Positions 1 through 10,304 of a DNA stretch of 64,000 nucleotides are shown here, one piece after another. The DNA is from Mycoplasmatota bacterium (GTDB lineage Bacteria; Bacillota_I; Bacilli_A; RF39; UBA660), in the NCBI GenBank assembly GCA_022771205.1, contig JALFCF010000003.1:133866-197865 (forward strand), in the 5' to 3' direction. The position numbers were made by a program, and so were the translations under genes. The notes beneath the pieces were generated by a model that was given only the letters and a program-made list of their open reading frames with translations, made no database searches and had not been told where the DNA came from. Positions within the stretch are counted from its first letter, which is position 1. Each line of letters opens with the position of its first letter.

Positions 1-1
1 T

Positions 2-175
2 ATAGAAAATACAATTTCTTTTGATGTATCCAAAGGAAAACACAATATTGAAATAACTTATGAATCTCCTTGGAAAAAATTTGGATTAATATTATCTCTA
101 ATAGGAATATTATTATGGATTAGAACATTCATATATGAACAAAAAACAGATAGAAAACCAAAAAAAAGTAAGTAA
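2..175 (+). CDS. C-terminal end of a membrane protein, YfhO-like (partial, runs off the left edge)
   Basis: Open frame IENTISFDVSKGKHNIEITYESPWKKFGLILSLIGILLW...KSK*. The G.H.IE.TY..P motif plus a final TM helix resembles YfhO C-termini. Confidence 0.6.
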   Translation: MENTISFDVSKGKHNIEITYESPWKKFGLILSLIGILLWIRTFIYEQKTDRKPKKSK

Positions 176-208
176 AATTAAAACTTATAAAAAAGAATAT
201 ATAAATTT

Positions 209-231
209 AAAAGTAGCAATGTTACTTTTTT
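209..231 (+). terminator. Rho-independent terminator
   Basis: AAAAGTAGCA-a-TGTTACTTTT hairpin with T-run. Confidence 0.55.
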
Positions 232-389
232 GTTTTAGCAACTAACTTTTTCTACAAGGCAACTAAAACTTGGTAGAATAAATAAATTGTATAAGTTATA
301 GTACAGTAGTAACCTAACAAAACTGTAAGGTTATAAATACAAGTTCTCTGATATACTGATGTTAACAAAAGAACAAAAAGAGGAGTCTT

Positions 390-560
390 ATGTCTACCTT
401 TCATTATATAGGATTAAAATTAACAATTGTTTTATTAATTATATTTTTACCGTGTATTATAATTGGAGGTATGATTTATTTATGTTCTTTTATAAAAGAT
501 AAAGTCAGTGAAATAAAAAGTGGAATATGCTATACAAAAAGAATAAAAAATAAGAAGTAA
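390..560 (+). CDS. Small 56-aa membrane protein (not in ORF track)
   Basis: GAGGAG RBS before ATG 390. MSTFHYIGLKLTIVLLIIFLPCIIIGGMIYLCSFIKDK...KNKK* has one hydrophobic stretch and a basic tail. Confidence 0.6.
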   Translation: MSTFHYIGLKLTIVLLIIFLPCIIIGGMIYLCSFIKDKVSEIKSGICYTKRIKNKK

Positions 561-595
561 TATATTTAAGCTGTACATCATAAATAAAAAATATA

Positions 596-624
596 TTGAC
601 ACAGGAATAATTTTGCGATACATT
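596..624 (+). promoter_or_regulatory. SigA-type promoter of the leader/GNAT operon
   Basis: TTGACA (596-601), 17-bp spacer, TACATT (619-624). Confidence 0.6.
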
Positions 625-651
625 AGTTGCAACAAAAGAAAGGACGATATT

Positions 652-714
652 ATGATGAATAGAATATTTGGACATCATCATCATAAAATTATGCGCTTGT
701 TAATACGACATTAA
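652..714 (+). CDS. Putative leader peptide MMNRIFGHHHHKIMRLLIRH (20 aa)
   Basis: AAGGA RBS; four tandem CAT codons at 673-684; lies directly upstream of alternative hairpins and a terminator. Confidence 0.7.
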   Translation: MMNRIFGHHHHKIMRLLIRH

Positions 715-823
715 AACGTGGTATCGACAAGGGCAATTTTGTGATGCTTGTGTCGATACCTATTCTAAATATAAATAGATTTATAAACAAAAAGGTTATA
801 GGCACAAGGTCTATAACTTTTTT
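679..823 (+). promoter_or_regulatory. Transcription attenuator (mutually exclusive helices plus terminator)
   Basis: Pairings 679-706/721-746, 720-729/751-760 (perfect 10 bp) and 747-763/798-808; terminator stem 789-801/811-822 with T-run. Confidence 0.7.
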
Positions 824-857
824 ATTACAAAAATATTAAATTAAAAGGAGAAATAAT

Positions 858-1661
858 ATGATAAATTTTAAAAATATATATAGTTCTTGGCTAAAGGATC
901 AAGTGAGAAATGATTGTCAAATAAAATTAGTAGAAAATCAAAAATTAGGAGGATTAGCTAAATGTTATAAAAATATATTTAATGGTGAACCATTTTATGA
1001 AGCTTGGACAGAGAAATCTGCAAGACGAGCAATTGATGAATATGTGGACACAAATGCAACAATTTGGACACCAGAAATGAAAGGTGAAGTAATAGGATTT
1101 TTAATCGCAACAGACACTATCCCAGAGGACCAAGAAAAATATATCACAGAAGATCAAAATAGAATGCGTTATATTGAAGAAATAGGAGTATTAAAAGAAT
1201 ATCGTGGTCAAAATATCGCAAGTGAGTTAGTAAGAAAAGAAATAATCAACTCTTTACAAGATGATAAAACTCTTTTAGGTTATCGTACCAACGCTATGAG
1301 ATACTTTAAAAAAGATAGAAAAGAATCTTTCGAAAGTGCAGTTGAAAGAGTCCAAAAAGAAGATAGAGAAAAAAGAAAAAATGGGGAAAGAATCATAGTA
1401 CCAGAACTAACAATAGAAGAAAAACAAGACTTTATTAATCAATATATATCCCTACTAGAAACAAGACCAGATTTAGATTCATCAGACTCTTCTAAACTAT
1501 TTAGAGGAATCGGATTACGATTGGGCTACAGTAATAATAATGGAAACTACGCTTGGCAAGAAGATCCTACCGGAGCTATGAATGATCGCATCTTTCCAGT
1601 AATTGATTTACAAAAATCAGGTTATACCAAAACATGCTATAATAAAGTGGGGCAAAGATAA
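858..1661 (+). CDS. GNAT-family acetyltransferase with C-terminal extension
   Basis: YIEEIGVLKEYRGQNIASEL acetyl-CoA motif A; N-terminal FNGEPFYEAWT. Confidence 0.75.
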   Translation: MINFKNIYSSWLKDQVRNDCQIKLVENQKLGGLAKCYKNIFNGEPFYEAWTEKSARRAIDEYVDTNATIWTPEMKGEVIGFLIATDTIPEDQEKYITEDQNRMRYIEEIGVLKEYRGQNIASELVRKEIINSLQDDKTLLGYRTNAMRYFKKDRKESFESAVERVQKEDREKRKNGERIIVPELTIEEKQDFINQYISLLETRPDLDSSDSSKLFRGIGLRLGYSNNNGNYAWQEDPTGAMNDRIFPVIDLQKSGYTKTCYNKVGQR

Positions 1662-2704
1662 TGAGCAATATACTAAAAAATCTAATTGAAATAAATACAA
1701 TCAATGATAAAGAAAATGAAAAAATCAGAACTTATATCAAAAGTATATTAAAAGATAAAAAATTTGATTTTCAAGAGATTGGAGAAAACAAAGAAAAAGT
1801 TTTGATCGCTAAAAGGGGGAATCCAACACTAGCTTTTTGTTGTCATACAGATACAGTAGATAAATCAGTTTACTGGACAAAAGAAGCACTTAAATTAATA
1901 GAAGATAAAAATAACTATTATGGATTGGGAGTATCAGACATGAAAGGAGGAATTGCAGCTATTTTGGAAACTGTATTGAGTCTGCCGATAGAAGTTCCTT
2001 GCATGTTATGCTTTACTTACGACGAAGAAAAAGACTTTAGAGGAATAAAAGAATTAAAGAATAGTGGTATTAACTTACCTGAAACGATAATCTTTCCAGA
2101 ACCAACAAATTTAATCCCCGCCATTGCTAATAAAGGATGTATTGAATTCAAAGTACAATTTAATGGTAAAAGTGCGCATTCATCAACTCCCAACATAGGA
2201 GAAAACGCTATTTATAAAGCAATGCAATTCATTAATGAGCTTCAAGAATTTGCAAAACAATTACAAAAAGAAACCTTAAAAATCTATGAGGTACCATACA
2301 CGACTTTTAATTTATCTACTATGAATGGAGGAAAAGAAATAAATAAAGTTCCAGATACATGTACCATTACTTTCGATTTTCGTACTATTAAAAAAGAACA
2401 TAATGATATAATAATAAAAGAAATAGAGAAATTGGTAAAAAAGTATCAAGCATCTTCAACAATTATAAATAATTTAAATGCAGCAGTAACTGCTAATCAA
2501 GAAATAATAGAAAAACTAGAAAAGTTAACTGAGAAAAAAGTAACGGGTTTAAATTATGTAACTGAAGCTTCGCTTTTTCCCGATAAAAATGTTATTATTT
2601 TAGGACCCGGGCCAATTACAGCACATCAAAAAGATGAAACAATAGAGAAAGAGAGTTATGTAAAATGTCAAAAACTATATATGGAGATTATGCAATCGAT
2701 ATAA
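1661..2704 (+). CDS. M20 metallo-deacylase, ArgE/DapE-like
   Basis: HTDTV, GLGVSDMKGG, DEE, PEPT, GKSAHSS, TEAS, GPG..AH..DE motifs. Confidence 0.85.
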   Translation: MSNILKNLIEINTINDKENEKIRTYIKSILKDKKFDFQEIGENKEKVLIAKRGNPTLAFCCHTDTVDKSVYWTKEALKLIEDKNNYYGLGVSDMKGGIAAILETVLSLPIEVPCMLCFTYDEEKDFRGIKELKNSGINLPETIIFPEPTNLIPAIANKGCIEFKVQFNGKSAHSSTPNIGENAIYKAMQFINELQEFAKQLQKETLKIYEVPYTTFNLSTMNGGKEINKVPDTCTITFDFRTIKKEHNDIIIKEIEKLVKKYQASSTIINNLNAAVTANQEIIEKLEKLTEKKVTGLNYVTEASLFPDKNVIILGPGPITAHQKDETIEKESYVKCQKLYMEIMQSI

Positions 2705-4308
2705 AAAACATTATCAACTTTAATTATGTAGCATTACGAATACCTACAATAATGACCTATACTGCCATTTTTTCAGCAAAATATAGTGATTTAATTTGGG
2801 ATAAATTAAATAACATAATTATTCTTCCATATGATAATGTAGAAAGTGCTGATTTTTATATAGAATATTTAAGACAATGTAAAAGAAGGCAATGCTCTGT
2901 AGAATTCTTAGAAGAATTAGGGTATGTTATCAATATAAAAAATTATGCTAATCCATTACCGGTAGAAACAGAAAAATTATTACAGCCATATATAGGATCA
3001 TCATCCGATGGATTTGGTGATTGTAAAGAAAGCCTAGCTCCTTTATTAGCTTTTAAAAAATCTGGGAAGAAAGCATAAAACCAACAGAAGAAAAAATAAT
3101 AGAAGAAAAAGGAAGAAATGTAAGAATCAGAAATCAAAAATTCCAAGAATTATATGACGAAGTGTTCCATAAGTTGAGCCCTGAAACAATAAACAAAATA
3201 AAAAAACAAAAATCTAATAATTAGCAAATTAAGATAGCATTAGGAACATCAACATTGGAGACATTGTTTGCTTTTTCGACATTACCGTATTTCATGCCAG
3301 AAAATATAGAAGCTCTATTAGATAAAAAAACACCAATAGATAGAAGAAAACAAATATTTTCAAATCAATTAAAATACTTGAAAGAACTAGAACTAGAAGA
3401 ATTGGATTTTCCTGAATATAAAGTTTGGGATGAACAAGATGTAGAAAAGTATTGTAATATTTTAAGAAGTGGAAGATTAGATAAATATATGCCATCAGAA
3501 GCATATATAAGAGAAGTTTTTACTCTTGACCAACAAAAATATGAAGAAGCACAAAAAGAAACAATTATCACTAGTGAAAACTTCCAACAATTATTACAAA
3601 TACTAGGGAATAATGAAAATACTGTAGAGTTCTTGTGTGAAAATATTATAAATCAAAGAATTTCAACTTATACAGCTACTGCCGATAATAACCCTATATC
3701 ACTCATTTTATGCACAGTAAGAAGTGACGAAGTTGGACAACAGTTGTATATTCTACTTCATGAACTACTACATGTAATAGAAAAAATGCAAATGGATTTG
3801 GACTGGATATATCTAATGTTCCACCAAACCAATATGAGAGACAATATAGAAGATATGAAAAGATAAATGAGGCATTAACAGATATATTCGCTATAGAAGC
3901 AACCCAATTATTGGCTCAAAACTCTCTAATCTTATTAGAACCAAAAGAAATAATACAAGGTAATTACAATAACAACAATACATTAAAAGAAACAAAAGAT
4001 ATTCTGATGCCATTATTAGAAAGATATAGAAAACAAGTAATAGATGCTAAACTATCTTCCAATCATGAAAGTTTAACAAAATATATAGGTAAAGAGAATT
4101 TTGAACAACTAGTAGATGTAGTTAATAAAGTAGAATATTTAAAAACACAAGACTTAAGAAAAAACTAGACAATAATATAGAAGATATAACAGTAGCAGAG
4201 TATAAACAAGCAAAAAAACAAGCTGAATTGATATATATCAATATTGATAATTATCACAAAAGTCACTTAATAAAAGAAAAACAAAAAGTCAGTAAAAAAG
4301 AGAAATAA
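2665..4308 (+). pseudogene. Fragmented gene, probable zincin-like protein
   Basis: Consecutive ORF pieces (2665-3078, 3255-3866, 3911-4168, tail to about 4308) in shifting frames. HELLH motif, with NEALTD following in another frame. Confidence 0.55.
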
Positions 4309-4420
4309 AGAAAGAAAATAGCATCTTGTTTTCTAAAAAATAAATTTTAAGTAATATCTATAGATACTTGCATTTTTTAGAAAAACAAGTATAATAGATT
4401 ACGAAAAAAGAGGTGGAAGT

Positions 4421-4834
4421 ATGAGAAATTACATTCGTTATATTGTAGTATTAGTATTAATTATCGCCGGAGGATTATTGATCATTTCTGTAGTTAATAA
4501 ATTTACAGAACCAGATGTATCAAAAGTAAATAATAATCCAGTAACAGAAGAAAAAGAAACAGTAACCGATAATAATGCAGATGTAACCTTAGATGTAGAT
4601 TCAAATCAAGATGAAAGTACTGTTACAGAAGATCCTAGTGAAAACAGTACAGATTCGGTCAATACTCCATCTAGTGACTCTGATACAAGTATAGAAACCA
4701 CTGCACCACAAGAGACAACAGATAATGTAGTAGTACCAAATACGGGTGTAAAAGAAAATTTATTAATAATGGCAATAGGAACGATTATTCTTTCTACGGG
4801 AATGATTTATATTAGAAAACAATCAAAAAATTAA
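4421..4834 (+). CDS. Small surface protein with low-complexity linker and VPNTG sortase-like anchor
   Basis: N-terminal TM, S/T/D-rich middle, VPNTG + hydrophobic helix + basic tail. Confidence 0.65.
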   Translation: MRNYIRYIVVLVLIIAGGLLIISVVNKFTEPDVSKVNNNPVTEEKETVTDNNADVTLDVDSNQDESTVTEDPSENSTDSVNTPSSDSDTSIETTAPQETTDNVVVPNTGVKENLLIMAIGTIILSTGMIYIRKQSKN

Positions 4835-4856
4835 GACATCGACCGATGTCTTTTTT
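4833..4856 (+). terminator. Rho-independent terminator
   Basis: AAGACATCG-ac-CGATGTCTT + T-run. Confidence 0.75.
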
Positions 4857-4896
4857 CATGCTAAAATTATCTTTTTAAAAAAATGTTAAAAAGATG

Positions 4897-4988
4897 TTGA
4901 CAAAATAAATAGATATTAATATAATGTTAATAACAAGTGGCCGACTTGTAAATTTTATATCACATGATATTAATAAAATATTAATAAG
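4897..4988 (+). promoter_or_regulatory. pncA promoter with two palindromic operators (candidate NrtR sites)
   Basis: TTGACA-17-TATAAT (4897-4925). GATATTAA-N7-TTAATAA at 4912-4934 (overlapping the -10) and at 4966-4988. Confidence 0.7.
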
Positions 4989-4999
4989 AGGAGATAAAT

Positions 5000-5596
5000 A
5001 TGAATAAAATCAAAAACTTAGAAGTCTATGAAGGAATGTTAATTGTAGTAGATATGGTTAAAGGATTTACAGATCAAGGAGCATTACATGATAAAGAAAT
5101 TAAAAAAATTATAGTAAGACAAAAAGAAATAATAGAAGAAGCACAAAAGAAAGGATATTTAATTGTTTTCATAAAAGATACTCATGATAAAGATTCAACA
5201 GAATTAAAACGTTTTGGTAATGCTGGACATTGTATGAAAGGAACTAAAGAAGCAGAAGTGATAGAAGAATTAAAAGAATATGAAAATATGCCAAATACTA
5301 TAAGTATTGAAAAAAATTCAACTAGTTTTATGGAAGCTCCACAATTTAGAGAAATTATAGGACAAGCACAAAATATAAAAGATATAAATATTGTTGGTTG
5401 TTGTAGTGACATCTGCGTTATCAATGGTGCAATGGGATTAGCAAATTATTGTGATCAATGGAACCGTGAGGTAGAAATAAAAATTCACGAAGATGCAATT
5501 GCAACATTTGATGAGAAAAATCGTCAAGACTATACTAATGCAGCTAAATTATTAGGTGAACTACAAGGTATTCAATATGTAAAAAAAGCTGCATAA
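5000..5596 (+). CDS. pncA: Nicotinamidase (isochorismatase family)
   Basis: IVVDM..GF, D.H, HC..GT, K.STS, GCCSDICV motifs; heads the NAD cluster. Confidence 0.85.
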   Translation: MNKIKNLEVYEGMLIVVDMVKGFTDQGALHDKEIKKIIVRQKEIIEEAQKKGYLIVFIKDTHDKDSTELKRFGNAGHCMKGTKEAEVIEELKEYENMPNTISIEKNSTSFMEAPQFREIIGQAQNIKDINIVGCCSDICVINGAMGLANYCDQWNREVEIKIHEDAIATFDEKNRQDYTNAAKLLGELQGIQYVKKAA

Positions 5597-5661
5597 AAAG
5601 ATAAATATATTTTTTTTAAATATGATATTAATAAAATGTAAAAAAGAAAAGGAGAATAATT

Positions 5662-7134
5662 ATGAATAATAAAACATTAATGACAGATTTTTATGAATTA
5701 ACTATGGCGCAAACATATTTTAATGAAGGAAAAAAAGATGAACAAGTATATTTTGATATTTTCTTTCGCAAAAATCCATTTAATGGTGGATACACTATTA
5801 GTGGAGGACTAGATGAAACAATAAACTATATTAATAATTTTCATTTTGGAGAAGAAGAGCTAAATTATTTAAGAACTTTAGGAAAATTTAGCGAAGACTT
5901 TTTAGATTATTTAAGTACATTGAAATTTGAAGGAGATATTTATGCGGTACCGGACGGAACAGTTGTATTTCCAAATGAACCAGTACTAACAGTCAAAGCA
6001 GATGCTGTAACTGCTCAAATATTAGAAACGGCTCTACTAGCCAACTTTAATCATGGATCATTAGTAACAACAGCTGCTAAAAGAATTACTAATGAAGCGA
6101 AAAACATCCCTGTGATGGAGTTTGGAGCTAGACGTGCAAGAGGGATTGATTCAGCAATAGAAGCCAGTAAATGCGCCTATATCGGTGGATGTGTTGGAAC
6201 CTCAAACACTTATGCTGGTATGAAATATGGCATTCCTGTAATGGGAACTATGGCTCACTCTTTAGTAACAGAAAGCAAAGATGAGTACGATGCCTTTCTA
6301 AAGTACGCCAAAAGCAATCCAGACAACTGTGTTTTTTTGGTAGATACTTATGATACTTTACGTAGTGGAATTCCCAATGCTATTAGAGTAGCAAATGAGT
6401 TTTTAAGACCAAATGGCTATCCATTCAAAGGAATTCGTATAGATAGCGGTGATTTAGCTTATTTATCGAAAGAAGCTAGAAAAATGTTAGATGCTGCTGG
6501 ATATAAAGATACTGGAATCTGTTTATCAAACGGTTTAGATGAATATACAATTAGAGATTTAATTAATCAAGGTGCAAAAATTGATTCCATTGGTGCTGGT
6601 GATAATATAGCTGCTCCAAAAGAACGCGTAGGAGGAGTATATAAATTAGTAGCAGTAGAAGAAAAGGGAGAAGCAAAACCTCGTATCAAAGTAAGTAATG
6701 ATAGTATTAAAACAATCAATCCAGGCAGCAAAAAAGTATATCGTTTTTATGATAAAGAAACTGGATATGCATTAGGAGATGTAATCAGTTTACATGAAGA
6801 AGAAATAAGTAAAGATCATTATACATTAGTTCATCCAGTAGAAACATGGAAAAAAACCGAATTAGAAAATTATAATGTAAGAAGTTTATTATTACCAATT
6901 TTTCAAAATGGAAAGTTAGTATATGAAGATCCTAACTTAAACGAAAAACAAAAATATTGTCAAGAAGAGTTCGAAACATTATATCCAGAAATAACAAGAA
7001 TTGACAGACCTCATGAATACTATGTAGATTTATCTGAAAAATTAAGAAATTTAAAACAAGAATTAATTAGTTTTCACCAACAAGAAGTAGAAGAAAAAGG
7101 AAAGGAATATGTTAAATGCGCAAAGAAAAATTAG
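5662..7134 (+). CDS. pncB: Nicotinate phosphoribosyltransferase
   Basis: TDFYELTM, EFGARRA, GTMAHS, LVDTYD, GIRIDSGD, GVYKLV motifs. Confidence 0.95.
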   Translation: MNNKTLMTDFYELTMAQTYFNEGKKDEQVYFDIFFRKNPFNGGYTISGGLDETINYINNFHFGEEELNYLRTLGKFSEDFLDYLSTLKFEGDIYAVPDGTVVFPNEPVLTVKADAVTAQILETALLANFNHGSLVTTAAKRITNEAKNIPVMEFGARRARGIDSAIEASKCAYIGGCVGTSNTYAGMKYGIPVMGTMAHSLVTESKDEYDAFLKYAKSNPDNCVFLVDTYDTLRSGIPNAIRVANEFLRPNGYPFKGIRIDSGDLAYLSKEARKMLDAAGYKDTGICLSNGLDEYTIRDLINQGAKIDSIGAGDNIAAPKERVGGVYKLVAVEEKGEAKPRIKVSNDSIKTINPGSKKVYRFYDKETGYALGDVISLHEEEISKDHYTLVHPVETWKKTELENYNVRSLLLPIFQNGKLVYEDPNLNEKQKYCQEEFETLYPEITRIDRPHEYYVDLSEKLRNLKQELISFHQQEVEEKGKEYVKCAKKN

Positions 7135-7739
7135 AAGAATTAAAAAGTTATATTGAAGAGTTAAAAACTATAAAAACAGAAAGAAAAGAAGAACAATTTA
7201 TATATCATCAAGAACAACCAATAAAAAGGAAAGGTTTTATCAATGTAGAAAGTTATGATTGTACATTACAAAATGGTATTATTATACCAAGAGAAAAAAT
7301 TGTAAAAGGTGGTAAAGATGGTAATGCAGCAATTATATTACCAGTTACTAATGAAGGAAATACTTTATTAGTAATACAACCTAGAGTTTTTACCAAAGAA
7401 ACCGTATGTGTAGAATTACCAGCTGGATATATAGAAGAAAATGAAGATCCTATCACAGCTGGAAAAAGGGAACTAGTAGAAGAAACAGGTTATGTTCCAG
7501 AGCAAATGCAATTACTTGCTAGTTTCTATCAAGATCAAGGTTGCAGCGCAGCTTACAACTATAGTATGTTAGCTTTAGGTTGTCAAAAACTTAAAGACCA
7601 GAGTCTTGATCAAGATGAAATAATTAGATATTTTGAATGTAGCTTTGATGAAGCACTTGAATTAGTAGACCGTGGATATATCACAGATTTGCAATCACAA
7701 TTTACGCTTGAAAAAGCAAAAAGTTTAGTAAAAAAATAA
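7116..7739 (+). CDS. NUDIX hydrolase, ADP-ribose pyrophosphatase-like
   Basis: ELPAG...AGKRELVEETGY Nudix box; LDQDE motif typical of ADPRases. Confidence 0.85.
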   Translation: MRKEKLEELKSYIEELKTIKTERKEEQFIYHQEQPIKRKGFINVESYDCTLQNGIIIPREKIVKGGKDGNAAIILPVTNEGNTLLVIQPRVFTKETVCVELPAGYIEENEDPITAGKRELVEETGYVPEQMQLLASFYQDQGCSAAYNYSMLALGCQKLKDQSLDQDEIIRYFECSFDEALELVDRGYITDLQSQFTLEKAKSLVKK

Positions 7740-7773
7740 AATGTTTGATACACTATAAAAAAGGAGAATAAGT

Positions 7774-9705
7774 ATGAAAGAATTTGGATTTATAAGAGTA
7801 GGAGCCATTGTTAATAAATTAGTTTTAGCTAATCCATTAGAAAATGCTAAAGAAATCATTAAAGAAATAAAAAACGCTAATAAACTAGGTGTATCCATCG
7901 TAGTAACACCAGAATTATCCTTAACTGGTTATACTTGTGGTGATTTGTTCTTGCAAGATAAATTGTTAAATGACAGTGAAAAAGCTTTAGAAGAAGTTCT
8001 AGAACAAACTAAAAATATTGATATTATATCAATACTAGGAATGCCAATAAAACATGATAACCAACTATTTAATTGTGCTATTGTAATTAGTAAAGGGAAA
8101 ATTTTAGGAATTATCCCTAAAACTTACATTCCAAACTATCAAGAATTCTATGAAGCAAGATGGTTTTCTTCTAGCAAAGATTTAAAGAGTTATAATATCG
8201 AAATATTGGGACAAACTGTACCAATAACTACCAATATCTTATTCCAAGATAAATCATTGAAAGAAGCATCCTTTGCTATTGAAATATGTGAAGATTTATG
8301 GACAGTAAATCCACCAAGTAATAATCATGCTTTAGCTGGTGCAACTATGATTTTCAATTTATCAAGCAGTAATGAATTGATAGGAAAACAAGAATATCGT
8401 AAGAGCTTAGTATCTAGTCAATCAGCTAGAACAATCTCTGCTTATATTTATACATCAAGTGGTGTTATGGAATCTACATCAGATATCTTATTTGGCGGTG
8501 CTAGTATGATTTACGAAAACGGATCTAAATTGGCAGAAAACAAACGCTTTGAAATAGATAGTAATATAATTACTGCCGATATTGATATTTTAAAATTAGC
8601 AAACGATCGCAGAAAAAACAGAAGTTATATGAACATGGCTTCTAACACAGATTATATTATTGTTGAAGTAGATATGGCGAATTCTATAAAAACTTTACAA
8701 AGAGATTACAAAGAATATCCATTTGTTCCATCTAACGAACAAGAAAGAAACAAAAGATGTGAAGAAATTATTGAAATTCAGTCTAGCGCTCTCGCTAGAA
8801 GATTACTTCAGTTAAAAAATCCAAAATGTGTTATTGGTATGAGTGGTGGTCTAGATTCTACATTAGCTTATTTAGTAATTATTAAAGCCTTTGAAAAATT
8901 AAACAGAGATAATAAAGATATTATTGGTATTACAATGCCTGGTTTTGGTACTACCGATAGAACTTATCAAAACGCAGTAGATCTTATTAAAGAGTATGGA
9001 GCGACATTAAAAGAAATTAGTATAAAAGAAGCCTCTCTTCTTCACATGAAAGACATTGGTCTGCCAGAAACTGATAGAAGTATTACCTATGAAAATATAC
9101 AAGCGAGAGAACGTACTCAAATATTAATGGATGTTGCTAATATGGAAAATGGATTGGTAATAGGAACCGGTGATCTATCAGAACTAGCATTAGGATGGTG
9201 TACATATAATGGAGATCATATGAGTATGTATGCAGTAAACACTTCTATTCCAAAAACTCTGGTCCGTTATTTAGTAGCTTGGGTAAAAGATACAACTACT
9301 GGCAAAAAGAAAGAAGTACTACAAGACATATTAAACACTCCAATTTCTCCAGAACTATTGCCACCAGATGAAGCCGGAAATATTTTACAAAAAACAGAAT
9401 CAAGCATTGGACCATATGTATTACATGACTTTTTCTTATTCCATTTCTTAAGGTACGGAGCTACTCCTAGAAAAATCTACACATTAGCTAAATATACATT
9501 TAAAAATAGCTTTTCAACTGACGAAATAAAGAAATGGTTAAAAGTATTTATTAAACGTTTCTTTACCCAGCAGTTCAAAAGAAATTGTATCCCTGATGGA
9601 ATAAAAGTAGGAAGCATCAGTTTATCACCAAGAGGCGATTTACGTATGCCAAGCGATGCTAATATGGAAGCTTGGTTAAAAGAAATTGATGAACTAGATA
9701 ATTAA
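7774..9705 (+). CDS. nadE: Glutamine-dependent NAD+ synthetase
   Basis: Nitrilase domain (PELSLTGY, EICEDLW) plus SGGLDS, ENIQARER, GTGDLSE. Confidence 0.95.
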   Translation: MKEFGFIRVGAIVNKLVLANPLENAKEIIKEIKNANKLGVSIVVTPELSLTGYTCGDLFLQDKLLNDSEKALEEVLEQTKNIDIISILGMPIKHDNQLFNCAIVISKGKILGIIPKTYIPNYQEFYEARWFSSSKDLKSYNIEILGQTVPITTNILFQDKSLKEASFAIEICEDLWTVNPPSNNHALAGATMIFNLSSSNELIGKQEYRKSLVSSQSARTISAYIYTSSGVMESTSDILFGGASMIYENGSKLAENKRFEIDSNIITADIDILKLANDRRKNRSYMNMASNTDYIIVEVDMANSIKTLQRDYKEYPFVPSNEQERNKRCEEIIEIQSSALARRLLQLKNPKCVIGMSGGLDSTLAYLVIIKAFEKLNRDNKDIIGITMPGFGTTDRTYQNAVDLIKEYGATLKEISIKEASLLHMKDIGLPETDRSITYENIQARERTQILMDVANMENGLVIGTGDLSELALGWCTYNGDHMSMYAVNTSIPKTLVRYLVAWVKDTTTGKKKEVLQDILNTPISPELLPPDEAGNILQKTESSIGPYVLHDFFLFHFLRYGATPRKIYTLAKYTFKNSFSTDEIKKWLKVFIKRFFTQQFKRNCIPDGIKVGSISLSPRGDLRMPSDANMEAWLKEIDELDN

Positions 9706-9737
9706 GTTTGAATTTTCAAGATTTATATATAAAAATG

Positions 9738-9772
9738 AAAAAGGAATCTCTATCCAATCGAGATTCTTTTTT
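9738..9772 (+). terminator. Rho-independent terminator
   Basis: GAATCTC...GAGATTC stem + T-run. Confidence 0.7.
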
Positions 9773-9792
9773 ACTAAAAAGTGAAAAAAGTA

Positions 9793-9880
9793 TTGACAAA
9801 AAATATAGATATTAATATAATGTTAATAACAGATGAACAAATCTGCAAAACTTTTATAAAATGATATTAACAAATTAATA
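9793..9880 (+). promoter_or_regulatory. Second promoter of the NAD cluster with the same operator
   Basis: TTGACA-17-TATAAT. GATATTAATATAATGTTAATAAC (9808-9830) is identical to 4912-4934. Half-site GATATTAA at 9863. Confidence 0.7.
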
Positions 9881-9899
9881 AAAAGAAAGAAAGGCTATT

Positions 9900-10304
9900 A
9901 TGGAAATGACAATTAGCAAAGCACAAGCAGAAAAAATTTTAACAACATATTATAAAACAAAAGAAGATATTGACGGAAAGGTAGAAATGAAAACTAAAAA
10001 AGAACAGGTAGGGTATTATACTTGTGAACATATGTCAGCCGTGACTACTTTTGAACTTTCTGGTACAATCAATCTTTTAGGAACAGAAATACTTGTAAAA
10101 AGAGTTATACCTTTTGAAGAATATGAAGGTATCTTTAAAGACATATTAGCAGAGCAGGGGTATGAAATAAATAAACTATGGATTGATAATGGTATAAACA
10201 CAGAATGGACAGGATGGGGTCCAACGGAACATAGAGAACAAAAGACGTATTGTAATGGAATCAAAATAGAAGCAAAAAGGCAAGTAAAGGAATTTAGAAG
10301 ATAA
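9900..10304 (+). CDS. Hypothetical protein embedded in the NAD cluster
   Basis: 134-aa ORF with RBS (AAAGG); no recognisable family. Confidence 0.7.
   Translation: MEMTISKAQAEKILTTYYKTKEDIDGKVEMKTKKEQVGYYTCEHMSAVTTFELSGTINLLGTEILVKRVIPFEEYEGIFKDILAEQGYEINKLWIDNGINTEWTGWGPTEHREQKTYCNGIKIEAKRQVKEFRR

Noticed and set aside
625-857. T-box riboswitch
   Set aside because: No clear T-box antiterminator consensus (TGGNACC) or stem I; the leader-peptide model fits better.
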